From an uncultured Anaerolinea sp. (GTDB lineage Bacteria > Chloroflexota > Anaerolineae > Anaerolineales > UBA4823), in assembly GCA_964595435.1 (NCBI GenBank), contig CAZQQJ010000004.1:35377-99376 (forward strand): 64,000 nucleotides of DNA. Reading direction: 5' to 3'. The notes beneath the pieces were generated by a model, which saw only the letters and a program-made list of their open reading frames with translations, searched no databases and was not told where the DNA came from. Position 1 is the first letter of the stretch. Each line of letters opens with the position of its first letter. Shown here piece after piece: positions 18,811 to 27,833 of this stretch. The position numbers were made by a program, and so were the translations under genes.

Positions 18811-19287
18811 TCATACAAGAGCCCCTGGTGTTTCGGTTTGAAGCCCACACGCGGATGCCGCTTCAAGCAGTTTCTTGTCTGAAGAAACAAAAACCAATGA
18901 ATCGGCATCATTGGATTGTAATGTTTTCCTCAAATAGAGCGCGGCTGCCAAGTGAACCGCATCGTACCCCCGCAACGGGAATTGCTGGGTGAGTTGGACA
19001 GCCTGCAGGATAATCCGATCAATCACTTTGATCGTACGAAATGTCTGTTCACAGTCGAACAAGAATTTGGACAGGATGATACGTCGGTCAATATCGCTGA
19101 TCTGCCCCATGCGCCACCGCCGGGCAATAGCGGCGGCAGTTTCCGTAATTCCAACTGCCGCAAACATAACTAATGCCGTCTCTGCCTCTGGAGCGAGTGG
19201 ATTGACGATTTGTTCAACCCATTGTGAGCCAGGCTCGGTTACGTAGAGTTTCACGATGGCACTGGAGTCGAAATAATAGATCCCCAT
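18811..19287 (-). CDS. vapC: PIN-domain toxin (VapC-like)
   Basis: The internal start MGIYYFDSSAIVKLY has the first conserved PIN Asp. The start overlaps the stop of the upstream antitoxin (TAATG), and the length is 158 aa. The longer ORF-track start at 19401 would run through the antitoxin gene. Confidence 0.8.
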   Translation of the reverse strand: MGIYYFDSSAIVKLYVTEPGSQWVEQIVNPLAPEAETALVMFAAVGITETAAAIARRWRMGQISDIDRRIILSKFLFDCEQTFRTIKVIDRIILQAVQLTQQFPLRGYDAVHLAAALYLRKTLQSNDADSLVFVSSDKKLLEAASACGLQTETPGALV

Positions 19288-19619
19288 TAACGTGGCTCCC
19301 GTTCTTCGATAATCAATTCGGAAAGTGGTGGTAACCCTTTTAACTTCTCGCGCAGTTCGGCGTGGCTGATCTTTGGGGCATTTTGATCGTATTGCTCCCA
19401 CTTTGTATTTGTCATTGACAACAGACCACTATCTCGCAGAATGCGGAGAATTCGTTCTCTCTCACTATCGTTACGAATCTCTTCTTGGTGCTCCAACCCT
19501 CTTTCTAATGTTTCACTGATTACGATATTGAGAGAACGGTTAGTACTTCCGGCACGCAACTTCAACTTATGATGAAGCTCAGCAGGTATCCGTATGGTCA
19601 GTTTAACATTAGCTTGCAT
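19287..19619 (-). CDS. vapB: ribbon-helix-helix (CopG/Arc-like) antitoxin
   Basis: 110 aa. The N-terminal KLTIRIPAELHHKLKLRA is an RHH beta-strand/helix signature. It is positioned immediately upstream of the PIN gene. Confidence 0.7.
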   Translation of the reverse strand: MQANVKLTIRIPAELHHKLKLRAGSTNRSLNIVISETLERGLEHQEEIRNDSERERILRILRDSGLLSMTNTKWEQYDQNAPKISHAELREKLKGLPPLSELIIEEREPR

Positions 19620-19637
19620 AGCACACCTCCAATTTTG

Positions 19638-19690
19638 TTATGCCACTATGGTGGCATAATCAGTGTAGCACACCATCGAGTCGCTGTCAA
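19638..19690 (-). promoter_or_regulatory. vapBC promoter with palindromic operator
   Basis: On the minus strand, TTGACA (19690..19685) and TACACT (19667..19662) are separated by a 17-nt spacer. A perfect 9-bp inverted repeat TTATGCCAC-4-GTGGCATAA (19638..19659) and then GGAGG follow, ahead of the ATG at 19619. Confidence 0.5.
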
Positions 19691-19693
19691 CGT

Positions 19694-20584
19694 TCACAGG
19701 ACCAGTTCCCCGCGCAGCACCGTAACTGCTCCGCCGCCCACTTTGACCGTCTGGATATCCTCTCGCGGCCCGATCACTTCCACCGTGCCCATTCCGGGGC
19801 GGCTCATCCAATGACCCTGTTCGGCGACGAAGGTCGGCGCCTCGATCAGCCCGTAACGCCACAGGTAGGCGGCCATGCCGCCGGTGGCCGAGCCGGTGAA
19901 CGGGTCCTCCATCAGGTCGGGCGGTGTGCCGAAGTGGCGGGCAAAGGTGCGCCCGGCCGGGGTGGCGCCTTGCAGGCAGAACAGGTGCGGGCTGAAGAAA
20001 TCGGACCTGGCCCGGTAGGCCTCGTAAGCGGGGATGTCCAGGCGCACCCGGTGCAGTGTTTCCAGGTCGCGCAGGGCAAGCATCAACTGCGGTGTGCCGG
20101 TGCTCACCGTCTGGATCGGTGCGCCGGGCAGCGCATCCGCCAGCGACAGGCCAAAGAGCGGCAGCACCTGCGCCGGGTCATGTGTCGCCAGGAACTGCGG
20201 TTTGCGCTGTGTCATCACGATGCGCTCCACTTTGCCTTCCTGGCTGAAGATCTCCACGGCGATCGGCCCGTGTATCAACTCCAGGTGGATCGCCTGGTGG
20301 CCGGAATTCAATGTCAGGCGGCCGGTGTCTAGCAGGGCAAAAGTTGTGGCAATGGTGGGGTGACCGGCCAGGGGGACTTCCTCCGCCGGCGTGAAATAGC
20401 GCACGCTGAAATCGGCCACTGCCGAGCGGCGCACGAAGGCCGTCTCCGAAAGGTTCATTTCGCGAGCGATGGACAGCATGGTAACATCGTCCATTTCGTC
20501 CGTATCGAAGACCACTGCACAGGGGTTGCCGCCCAGGGGCTGGTTAGTGAAAGCGTCCACTTGCAGCAAAGGGTAGGTAGACAT
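19694..20584 (-). CDS. PhzF-family isomerase-like protein
   Basis: 296 aa. The N-terminus LLQVDAFTNQPLGGNPCAVVFD is the hallmark PhzF/YddE opening. Confidence 0.85.
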   Translation of the reverse strand: MSTYPLLQVDAFTNQPLGGNPCAVVFDTDEMDDVTMLSIAREMNLSETAFVRRSAVADFSVRYFTPAEEVPLAGHPTIATTFALLDTGRLTLNSGHQAIHLELIHGPIAVEIFSQEGKVERIVMTQRKPQFLATHDPAQVLPLFGLSLADALPGAPIQTVSTGTPQLMLALRDLETLHRVRLDIPAYEAYRARSDFFSPHLFCLQGATPAGRTFARHFGTPPDLMEDPFTGSATGGMAAYLWRYGLIEAPTFVAEQGHWMSRPGMGTVEVIGPREDIQTVKVGGGAVTVLRGELVL

Positions 20585-21531
20585 TATTCCTCCTCGAAGA
20601 TGAATTTCAATGCCTTTTGCAGGCTGGCTTCCATGTCTGGCGGCATGTCGTGAGCCAGGCCCGGGCGCCGGTGGCGCTGGTAGCGGATGTTGTAGCGGTT
20701 GAGCAGTTTTTCCAACTGATCGAACAGGCCATCATCGCGGTCCAGGTCGCCGGTGATCAGGTAGCCGCGCACCGGCGCAGGCGCCTGCGGCGCGGGCTGC
20801 TCCAGCAGTGCATCCACGCTGCGCAGGTAGGGCGCGACAACGAAGATGCCCCGCGCCGGGATGCTCTGGCTGGCTGCCAGCCATGCCGCCAGCCCTCCAC
20901 CCTGCGAGAAACCGGCCAGCAGCACTCGCCGCGGATCGATGGCATATTGGCCGGTCAGGGCGGCGAAATGCTCCTGGGCTTCTTTTTCGGCCAGGGCGAT
21001 GTCGTCCCAGCTAAAGGCGCCTGGGCCGTGCACTTGCGAAGATTGCGGCAGCATGACCAGCCAGCCCCTGCCAGCCAGGTGTTCCCAACAGGGCGCAAAG
21101 TCAGCCGCGCTGCTGCCGCGCGGGTGGAAGGCGACCAGCGCCGGGTAGGGTGGGCCGGCGGGCGCCGCGGGCGGGATCACCAGCCGTTCCGGACGCGCCT
21201 CTTTTTGCGCTGCGGCGTGCCGTTCTACACAGATCGATACCAGGCGTTCGAATTGCGCCTGGCCACGCAGTGAATCCATGCCAGGGTCGCCGCGCAGCGC
21301 TGCTTCCAGCCACCACAAGCTCTGATCTATGGCTTCCTGCAAGACACGGATCGCCTGTGCTTGATCTCCGCTTAATGCCAGCAGGCAGTAATGCAGGTTG
21401 TAAATGACCGCACGATTCTCCGGGTAGAGGCTACCCTGCGCCTGGACAACTTGCAGTGCAGCGGCATAGTCGCCGGCTGCATACAGGCGCATCGTTTCGG
21501 AAAGGAATTGAGCGAAAGTCATTTTGTTCAT
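20584..21531 (-). CDS. carboxylesterase/phospholipase-type alpha/beta hydrolase with N-terminal helical (TPR-like) region
   Basis: 315 aa with a GFSQGG nucleophile elbow and a helical N-terminal region of about 110 aa. Its stop overlaps the phzF-like start by one base (TAATG). Confidence 0.7.
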   Translation of the reverse strand: MNKMTFAQFLSETMRLYAAGDYAAALQVVQAQGSLYPENRAVIYNLHYCLLALSGDQAQAIRVLQEAIDQSLWWLEAALRGDPGMDSLRGQAQFERLVSICVERHAAAQKEARPERLVIPPAAPAGPPYPALVAFHPRGSSAADFAPCWEHLAGRGWLVMLPQSSQVHGPGAFSWDDIALAEKEAQEHFAALTGQYAIDPRRVLLAGFSQGGGLAAWLAASQSIPARGIFVVAPYLRSVDALLEQPAPQAPAPVRGYLITGDLDRDDGLFDQLEKLLNRYNIRYQRHRRPGLAHDMPPDMEASLQKALKFIFEEE

Positions 21532-21555
21532 GGGTGATCCCGCAGCGAGGTTTGT

Positions 21556-24135
21556 TCAGGCTTGCAAAGCCAGGCGGATTGTACCATTCATTTCCAGCCT
21601 TTCCAGTGCCGGATCGAGTTCATCTACAACCTCGATTTGCCTGGCCCGGGTAATGCTCATCAGATCGACCCTGGCCCCTTCTAGGGCCGCCTGCAGGTCG
21701 AAATCGGAATTCCCTGGGGCCGGTGACTGGCTGCTGCCAGACAGCAACTGGTTATTGGCCGCCGCCCACTGTTTGCTGTTTGCTGCCAGTTCCAGTCTCT
21801 CTACCTCACTGCCCAATGGCAAGCTGTGCTCGCTCTTGTAGCGCCGCACCGCAGTGGCGATTTCGATCAGGGTTTCGCCCAGCGCCAGCGCGGCGGCATC
21901 CTCCAATTCTGGCTCGGGAGAGGGCCAGCTACTCGTGTGGATCGATACCGCATTGCCTTCTTCAGGCGGGGCAAAAAGCCCCAGGTAAATTTCCTCGGTC
22001 ACGAAGGGCAGGAATGGCGCAAACAGTTTGAGTGTGGTCAGAAGAACTGTTTTCAGAACCATCTGCCCGGCAAGGTGCTGCGGGTGCATCTCGTCGTACA
22101 GGCGTTGTTTAGCCATTTCCAGGTAATTGTCCGCCAGGTCGCGCCAGAAGAATGCCTCGATCTCGGCCTTGGCCGCGGCGTAATCGTAGCTCTCCATCAA
22201 CTCGCTGGCGCGGCGGATGAGTTGTTGGCTGCGGGCCAAAATCCAGCGGTCGGCAGGGGTCAACGCCTGCCGGGCCAGGCTGCTGCCCTGGGCGGCGGGT
22301 ACCTTCCCGCCTTGCGTCAGGAAACGTTCGCTAAATTTCGCCACGTTCCAAAGCTTGGTGACCAGGCGGGCGCCCATCTGGATCTTTTCCGGACTGATCA
22401 CCGCGTCTTTGCCTGGGCCGGTGCTGCTTGCCCAATAACGCAGCGCGTCCGCCGAATACTGGTTGATCATCTCCATGGGCGCCATTGGTCCGCCGCCGCG
22501 GCTCTTGCTGATCTTTCCCATACCTTCGCCGGCAATGCCCCAACCGGAGATCAGCGTATCTTTCCACGGCAGGCATCCGAAGTGGTAATGCGATTTTGCC
22601 AGGGTGTAAAACGCCCAGGTGCGGATGATTTCGTGCGCTTGAGGGCGCAGCGAGAAGGGGAATACCTGCTCATACAGGCGCGGCCCGTCGTTGTGGTTTG
22701 CCTCCAGCCAGCGCCCCACGATCTGTGGGGTAAGCGACGAAGTGGCCCAGGTGTCTTGCACGTCTGGGTCAGGGATGAAATCCGTACCGCCGCACGCGCA
22801 AGGGCGCCGCGGGCGTTGCTCGTTGGGGTCAACGGGCAGTTGCTCCTCGTCGGCCAGGATTACCCTTCCGCACACCTGGCAGTACCATACCGGGAACGGC
22901 ACGCCGAAGGTGCGCTGGCGCGAGATGCACCAGTCCCAATTCAGGCCTTCTACCCAGGCGCGATAGCGCGCTTGCATGTGCTCTGGGTGCCAGTTCACCG
23001 CCTGCCCGGTTTGCAGCAGTTCGTCTCGCCGGTCCAGCAAGCGAATGAACCACTGCCTGGCCATTACGTATTCCACCGGCGTATCGCAGCGTTCGTGCAC
23101 CCGGATGACCTGGTGGGTGGCCTGGCGGCTGTTGACCAATCCCCGGGCGGCCAGGTCATCTTTGATCCGGCGGCGCGCCTCGGCAATCGTCAGGCCGGCG
23201 TAAACACCCGCCACCTGGGTCATAGCACCGTTGGCGCCAATGGCCTGCACCACTGGCAAATTGTGCTTGCGCTGCCAGGCCACATCCGCTGCATCGCCAA
23301 ACGTACAGCACATCACCGCGCCGCTGCCTTTCTGTGGGTCGGCGCTTGCATCGGCGATGATGCCCACTTCCTGGCCGAAGAGCGGAACGCGCAATTTGCG
23401 GCCTACCAGGCCCTGGTAGCGTGCATCGTCAGGATGCACAAAGACGGCCACGCAGGCCGGCAACAGTTCCGGGCGGGTGGTCGCAATCAGCAAATCTTGT
23501 TCGTTATGGTCACCGACACAGTCGGTGACCATAATGAACTTAAGATACACATATTCACTTTCTCGTTCCAGGTCGTTCAGGTCGGCCTGGGCCAGTGCGG
23601 TGTGGCATTCCGGGCACCAGATGGCAGGAGCCTCGCCTCGATAGGCCAGTCCTTTGCGGTACAGGTCGATGAAGGAGCGTTGCGAGATGCGCCGCGACTC
23701 TGCATCGATCGTGCGGTAAGTATAGCGCCAGTCGATGGACAGCCCCAGGCGCTGCCATAAAGCCTGATACTCTTCCTCGGCCTGCTCGCTGACCTCCAGG
23801 CATTTTTCGATGAAAACCGTTCTGCCTGCCTGCGCCGCGCTGATCCCCAGGCGTTTCTCTACCAATCGTTCGGTGGGCAGGCCGTTATCATCGTAGCCCA
23901 TCGGGTAAAACACCTGATAACCTTTCATGCGCCAGTAACGGGCGATGAAATCCGGGTGGCTGTAGGAATAGGTGTGGCCCAGGTGCAGTCGACCGGATAC
24001 CGTAGCGGGCGGCGTATCGATCGAATATACCGGGCCTTTGGCCTGAGATGGGAAATGGTAAACGCCCAATTCCTGCCATCGGGTGCTCAGGCGGGGCTCG
24101 GCTTCTTTAGGGTCATATCGTTTGGCTAAGCTCAT
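21556..24135 (-). CDS. valS: second valine--tRNA ligase (archaeal/actinobacterial-type)
   Basis: The likely start is MSLAKRYDPKEAEPRL at 24135; the ORF track starts at 24177. YSIDTPPATVSGRLHLGHTYSYSHPDFIARYWRMKGYQVFYPMGYDDNGLPTE and KISKSRG fit my recollection of type-2 ValRS. There is no C-terminal coiled coil. The T-box specifier candidate is a Val codon. Confidence 0.75.
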   Translation of the reverse strand: MSLAKRYDPKEAEPRLSTRWQELGVYHFPSQAKGPVYSIDTPPATVSGRLHLGHTYSYSHPDFIARYWRMKGYQVFYPMGYDDNGLPTERLVEKRLGISAAQAGRTVFIEKCLEVSEQAEEEYQALWQRLGLSIDWRYTYRTIDAESRRISQRSFIDLYRKGLAYRGEAPAIWCPECHTALAQADLNDLERESEYVYLKFIMVTDCVGDHNEQDLLIATTRPELLPACVAVFVHPDDARYQGLVGRKLRVPLFGQEVGIIADASADPQKGSGAVMCCTFGDAADVAWQRKHNLPVVQAIGANGAMTQVAGVYAGLTIAEARRRIKDDLAARGLVNSRQATHQVIRVHERCDTPVEYVMARQWFIRLLDRRDELLQTGQAVNWHPEHMQARYRAWVEGLNWDWCISRQRTFGVPFPVWYCQVCGRVILADEEQLPVDPNEQRPRRPCACGGTDFIPDPDVQDTWATSSLTPQIVGRWLEANHNDGPRLYEQVFPFSLRPQAHEIIRTWAFYTLAKSHYHFGCLPWKDTLISGWGIAGEGMGKISKSRGGGPMAPMEMINQYSADALRYWASSTGPGKDAVISPEKIQMGARLVTKLWNVAKFSERFLTQGGKVPAAQGSSLARQALTPADRWILARSQQLIRRASELMESYDYAAAKAEIEAFFWRDLADNYLEMAKQRLYDEMHPQHLAGQMVLKTVLLTTLKLFAPFLPFVTEEIYLGLFAPPEEGNAVSIHTSSWPSPEPELEDAAALALGETLIEIATAVRRYKSEHSLPLGSEVERLELAANSKQWAAANNQLLSGSSQSPAPGNSDFDLQAALEGARVDLMSITRARQIEVVDELDPALERLEMNGTIRLALQA

Positions 24136-24186
24136 GGTTATCTCGCTTTTCGCCACATGCATCACCTGATGATGCATCTGGTGGTT

Positions 24187-24226
24187 AAAAAAATACGCCT
24201 TTCGTCCGCTTGAGGACGAAAGGCGT
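24187..24226 (-). terminator. intrinsic terminator of the T-box leader
   Basis: On the minus strand, ACGCCUUUCGUCC - UCAAGC - GGACGAAAGGCGU forms a 13-bp perfect stem. It is followed by A and then seven U (24193..24187). Confidence 0.75.
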
Positions 24227-24569
24227 TTGCCTTCCGCGGTACCACCTCAATTCGCCAGAACAACGTTCCGGCGCTCTCACCACCCTGGCAGGCATGGCAT
24301 CCTGTCGATGCACAGCCGAACAGGGCTTCGCGATAACGGGCTCGCCCGTGCCGGTCTACTCCTTAAGCTTTCAGCAATCAGCTTTTAGCTGTCAGTTCGA
24401 GCAATTGCTGACTGCTGATACCTGTCCGTTTCTTCGGCATCCAATCCAGGCGACGTTCAGCGCAAGGCTACTGTGGGGGCTTCCAGCCAACGGCCACACC
24501 TTCTCTGATCAGGAGACCTTTCGCCTACTCCTCCCGGAAGTTTCGGATAGTTTTTCGAGAAGAGATTAT
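24187..24569 (-). promoter_or_regulatory. T-box riboswitch leader (candidate GUC/Val specifier)
   Basis: On the minus strand: TATAAT at 24569..24564, then Stem-I-like CAGAGA and GGCUGGAAGCC elements. The specifier loop is CUGAAC-GUC-GCCUGG, with GUC at 24454..24452. The T-box core GAGGUGGUACCGCG lies at 24248..24235, followed by the terminator. Confidence 0.7.
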
Positions 24570-24675
24570 ACTCCAAAACGTTAAATTTACCCAGGTTAAT
24601 AAATTGTTAAAAATTCTTGCTTTAATCTGGAGTTTGTGCTATTCTAACGGCGACTTCAGATCAGGGGTCACTTTT

Positions 24676-25575
24676 ATGATTCAACGCGAACGTATAGCTG
24701 ATAATGTATTTGCCTTTCAAAGTGAAGTTTATGCCCAGGTGACAGCCGGGGCGGTGATCGGCCCGAATTGGGCAGCGGTGATCGATACCCTCGCTGCCCC
24801 GGAAGAGACGCTGCAAATCCGCGATTTTATCGAGCGCGAATTAACCGTGCCGGTGCGCTATGTGATTAACACCCACAGCCATGCCGATCACGCCTGGGGA
24901 AATTGTTTTTTCCCCGGCGCGATGATCATTTCCCATCCCTTGTGCCGCCAGTTATTGGATACCAAAGGTCGCATTGCGCTGGATGAAGCCCGCCGCAGCA
25001 GCCCGGCTTATCGCAATGTCAAGTTGATCTTGCCCCACATCACCAGTAGTGAAGGGGAGATGAACCTGCGTGTAGGGAAGAAAACGCTCACTTTGCTGCC
25101 TTTGCCGGGTCATTCTTACGATAACCTGGCAGTGTTGGTGGAAGAAGATCGCGTCTTGTTTGCCGGAGACGCAGCCATGCCGCTGCCTTACATCGTCGAT
25201 GGCAACTTTGACGATCTGGTCGCCTCGCTCAAAAGACTGGGGCGCATGGGCCTGGAAAACATCGTCCAGGGGCATGGTGACATCGTGCTGCGTGGCGAGA
25301 TCGACAATTTCCTGAAAGACAACCTGAATTACCTCTCGAATATCCGCAAGGTGGTGCGCAAAGCTGGACGGCGGAAGTATGCTCAGGAAGTGCTCGATGA
25401 AGCCACCGTCGAAAGCTGTGGCAAGAGCCGCGTGTTGATTGGCGGGCTGGCCAGCGAACTGCACCGTCGCAACCTGCGCGCTCTGTACTACCAGATATAC
25501 GGAGAACTGCCTACCCTCCCACCCGAATTCGGCGATGAGGACTACGAAGAAGGTGAGGAGGAGGACGAGGAATGA
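24676..25575 (+). CDS. MBL-fold metallo-hydrolase
   Basis: HSHADH metal-binding motif (NTHSHADHAWGN). The likely start is ATG 24676 (MIQRERIADNVFAF). The tail is acidic (EDYEEGEEEDEE). Confidence 0.8.
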   Translation: MIQRERIADNVFAFQSEVYAQVTAGAVIGPNWAAVIDTLAAPEETLQIRDFIERELTVPVRYVINTHSHADHAWGNCFFPGAMIISHPLCRQLLDTKGRIALDEARRSSPAYRNVKLILPHITSSEGEMNLRVGKKTLTLLPLPGHSYDNLAVLVEEDRVLFAGDAAMPLPYIVDGNFDDLVASLKRLGRMGLENIVQGHGDIVLRGEIDNFLKDNLNYLSNIRKVVRKAGRRKYAQEVLDEATVESCGKSRVLIGGLASELHRRNLRALYYQIYGELPTLPPEFGDEDYEEGEEEDEE

Positions 25576-26249
25576 TTCGTCGGCATTCCTGTAATATGTT
25601 TCCGCCGCCGGGCGCGCCAGCCAACGAGTCGCTCGGTGCCATTTAACAGGCGTTGGATGTTCGGGCGTAAGGCCCAAAGCAGGATGATTTCAACCAGCAT
25701 CCCATATAGTATGTATTCCCAGGGTGAGGCGCCGCTCCACCATCGGTAAACAAACAGCAACGCGGCGGTAACGCCAATGCTCATCGTGGCCAGCGAAGCA
25801 AAGCCCACGCCAAACAGCAATGCCAGCCCGATTGGAAGAATAATCAAGATGCTTGGCGCCCACAAGCCAAATGCGCCGCCAGCCGCCGTGGCGCCGCCGG
25901 CCCCGCCGCGCAGCCGCAGGTGCCCTCTGACGTTGCGCTCTGCCAGGAAAATTGAATAGTTGTGACCCAACACCGCAGCAATAGGCGCCATAACGTGAAG
26001 CAACGGTGCATTAGGGAAAAGCCACTGCATCATCCAGGCCCCCACCGCGCCCTTCAAGAAATCCAATAAAGCGGTGGTCAAACCAGCTAACAGTCCCGCC
26101 GCGCGCATCGCGTTGGTCCCCCCGGTACGTCCGCTTTCTACCTGGCGGATATCTTTCCCACTTTTCAAGCGCACGATCACCAGCCCGAAAGGAATTGACC
26201 CTGCCAGATAGGAGATCAACAACACACCGATCGCCAGCAAAATTTGCAT
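25542..26249 (-). CDS. plsY: glycerol-3-phosphate acyltransferase PlsY
   Basis: The N-terminus LLISYLAGSIPFGLVI and SGRTGGTNAMRA are the PlsY signature. The C-terminal Ser-rich extension overlaps the MBL gene end by 34 nt and may be an over-call. Confidence 0.85.
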   Translation of the reverse strand: MQILLAIGVLLISYLAGSIPFGLVIVRLKSGKDIRQVESGRTGGTNAMRAAGLLAGLTTALLDFLKGAVGAWMMQWLFPNAPLLHVMAPIAAVLGHNYSIFLAERNVRGHLRLRGGAGGATAAGGAFGLWAPSILIILPIGLALLFGVGFASLATMSIGVTAALLFVYRWWSGASPWEYILYGMLVEIILLWALRPNIQRLLNGTERLVGWRARRRKHITGMPTNHSSSSSSPSS

Positions 26250-26408
26250 TTACACATCCTCCAATAATTTTTCTAAGGTCTGGCTGATTTTACCTGCCAC
26301 CCATATTTGGGGTAAATCCAATAACACGTAAATCGTGCAAAGGTTGCGGTGCCGTTGAGTAGAAATGTATCGAATCCATTGCACTTTTGTCAGGCGGTTC
26401 CTGGAAAG

Positions 26409-26858
26409 CTATGCCTCGATCCGCACAGCAACAGGATTCACCTGGCCCGATTGCAAGTGAAACCCATTACACTCCCATTTCCCATTATTCCCACACCAGA
26501 TCAGATAAACCGCGTCGGGGTAATATGCCTCAGCCAGGTCGGTAGCCGAAGGGGTGGGGGGGCCTTGTGGGTGGGAGTGATAGATGCCTACCAGTTCCAG
26601 CTCCAGCGCCTCCATCTGTTCGAAGGCGGCCAGTTGTTCATAGGGGTCCATGCGATACCGCACCGGGCTGTGCAGCACGTTGGTGGTAGGGATTACCCGG
26701 ACAGCCCGGTAGGCGCTGCCCGCGATTTGCCCGGCCAGCAACCCGCAGGCTTCCTGCGGCGCGCGCATCGCCGCATCGTCGAGCATCTGCTCCCAATGCT
26801 GTTGGGTGAGGCTGATCTGCTCTGGCGCCTGCCAGGGCGACCGGGTCAGCGAATCCAT
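26409..26858 (-). CDS. JAB/MPN-domain metalloprotease
   Basis: An exact JAMM motif HSHPQGPPTPSATD (HxHx7Sx2D) with an upstream EACGLL Glu. The start is taken at MDSLTRS (26858), and the leader of the longer ORF looks non-coding. Confidence 0.75.
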   Translation of the reverse strand: MDSLTRSPWQAPEQISLTQQHWEQMLDDAAMRAPQEACGLLAGQIAGSAYRAVRVIPTTNVLHSPVRYRMDPYEQLAAFEQMEALELELVGIYHSHPQGPPTPSATDLAEAYYPDAVYLIWCGNNGKWECNGFHLQSGQVNPVAVRIEA

Positions 26859-27667
26859 GCCGCGGCTCCCCAGATCACCAGCAGAACAATGCCTGGCTCG
26901 ACCACCGCCTGGCGCGGCAGCTCGCCTTCGGCCAGGTTGCCAAACAGGGTGGTCATGGCATAGGCTGGTCCTAACAGCACCAGGGCGAAGGAGACCGGCG
27001 ATAGAGGCCAGTAGTGCAACCCGGCGCCGATTTGCATGCTGACCAGGGCGACCAGCCCGGCAGGCAGAAAAGCCCATTGCTGAGGCAGCCGCAGGCGTAA
27101 GGCGCGCAGGCTGACCAGCCCGGCGGCCAGCCCCAGGGTAGGCAGCAGCAGAAACAGGCGCAGGCCGGCGTAACGCAGCGCCGCAGCCAGTGTGAGGAAC
27201 AGGGCAAACGAGACCGCGGTCAGGCCGGCGGTTGCCATGCCGCGGCGTGCATCCTCTGGATCAACGACGATGTACTCTGCCACGATCACCAGGATCAACA
27301 GCGCTCCGCCCAAAGCAAATCCTACCCACCAGATCAGGCTGAGCGGCAGTTGGAATAACGGCAGGCCGATCACCCAGGCCGTCAGGGCGGGCAGCAACCA
27401 GTGTTCCACCGTGCGCCGCCGCCGCAAAGCAGGATGGTCGCGCAGCAGCCAGTCTGCTCCAATAGCCGTCAGGCCGGCAATGACGAAGGCGACCAGCACC
27501 TGCACGTTGAGCGGTACGGACAGGTAAATCCCCGGCAACTGCACTGCCAGTTCCCAGCCAGGCTGGTGGATGAATCGCGCCAGCGTAATTGCCAGCAAGA
27601 TGGTTGCTGCCACCATGCTCAACCGCTCCCGGTCTGGCAGGTGGCGGCGCTGTTCGATATCTAGCAT
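26846..27667 (-). CDS. polytopic membrane protein, unknown function
   Basis: 273 aa with about 8 hydrophobic helices. It overlaps the JAB gene start by 13 nt. No family recognised. Confidence 0.5.
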   Translation of the reverse strand: MLDIEQRRHLPDRERLSMVAATILLAITLARFIHQPGWELAVQLPGIYLSVPLNVQVLVAFVIAGLTAIGADWLLRDHPALRRRRTVEHWLLPALTAWVIGLPLFQLPLSLIWWVGFALGGALLILVIVAEYIVVDPEDARRGMATAGLTAVSFALFLTLAAALRYAGLRLFLLLPTLGLAAGLVSLRALRLRLPQQWAFLPAGLVALVSMQIGAGLHYWPLSPVSFALVLLGPAYAMTTLFGNLAEGELPRQAVVEPGIVLLVIWGAAAWIR

Positions 27668-27833
27668 ACGCTTGATTCTACCCTATCACGCCATTCATGA
27701 CTTGACGTTTTCCCACCTTTCGCTTAGTATGATCGTGTTTCTTGCGCATCAGATGCGGACCAAACACCCTCTGGACAGAGTGTGTCATTGACATGTAAAA
27801 ACGCGAATTACCCGTCGATTTCCTGGAGGCACA

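Noticed and set aside
21826-23760. 644-aa ORF antisense to the second valS
   Set aside because: High-GC antisense artefact. The sense strand has HIGH and KMSKS motifs.
24210-24584. 124-aa plus-strand ORF between valS2 and the MBL gene
   Set aside because: It lies entirely within the minus-strand T-box leader and terminator. It has no ribosome-binding site and an alternative start codon only.
25542-25575. 34-nt convergent overlap of the MBL hydrolase (poly-Glu tail) and plsY (poly-Ser tail)
   Set aside because: The Ser-rich PlsY extension is simply the antisense reading of the GAG/GAA-rich tail and probably reflects a late stop. I do not regard it as a functional overlap.
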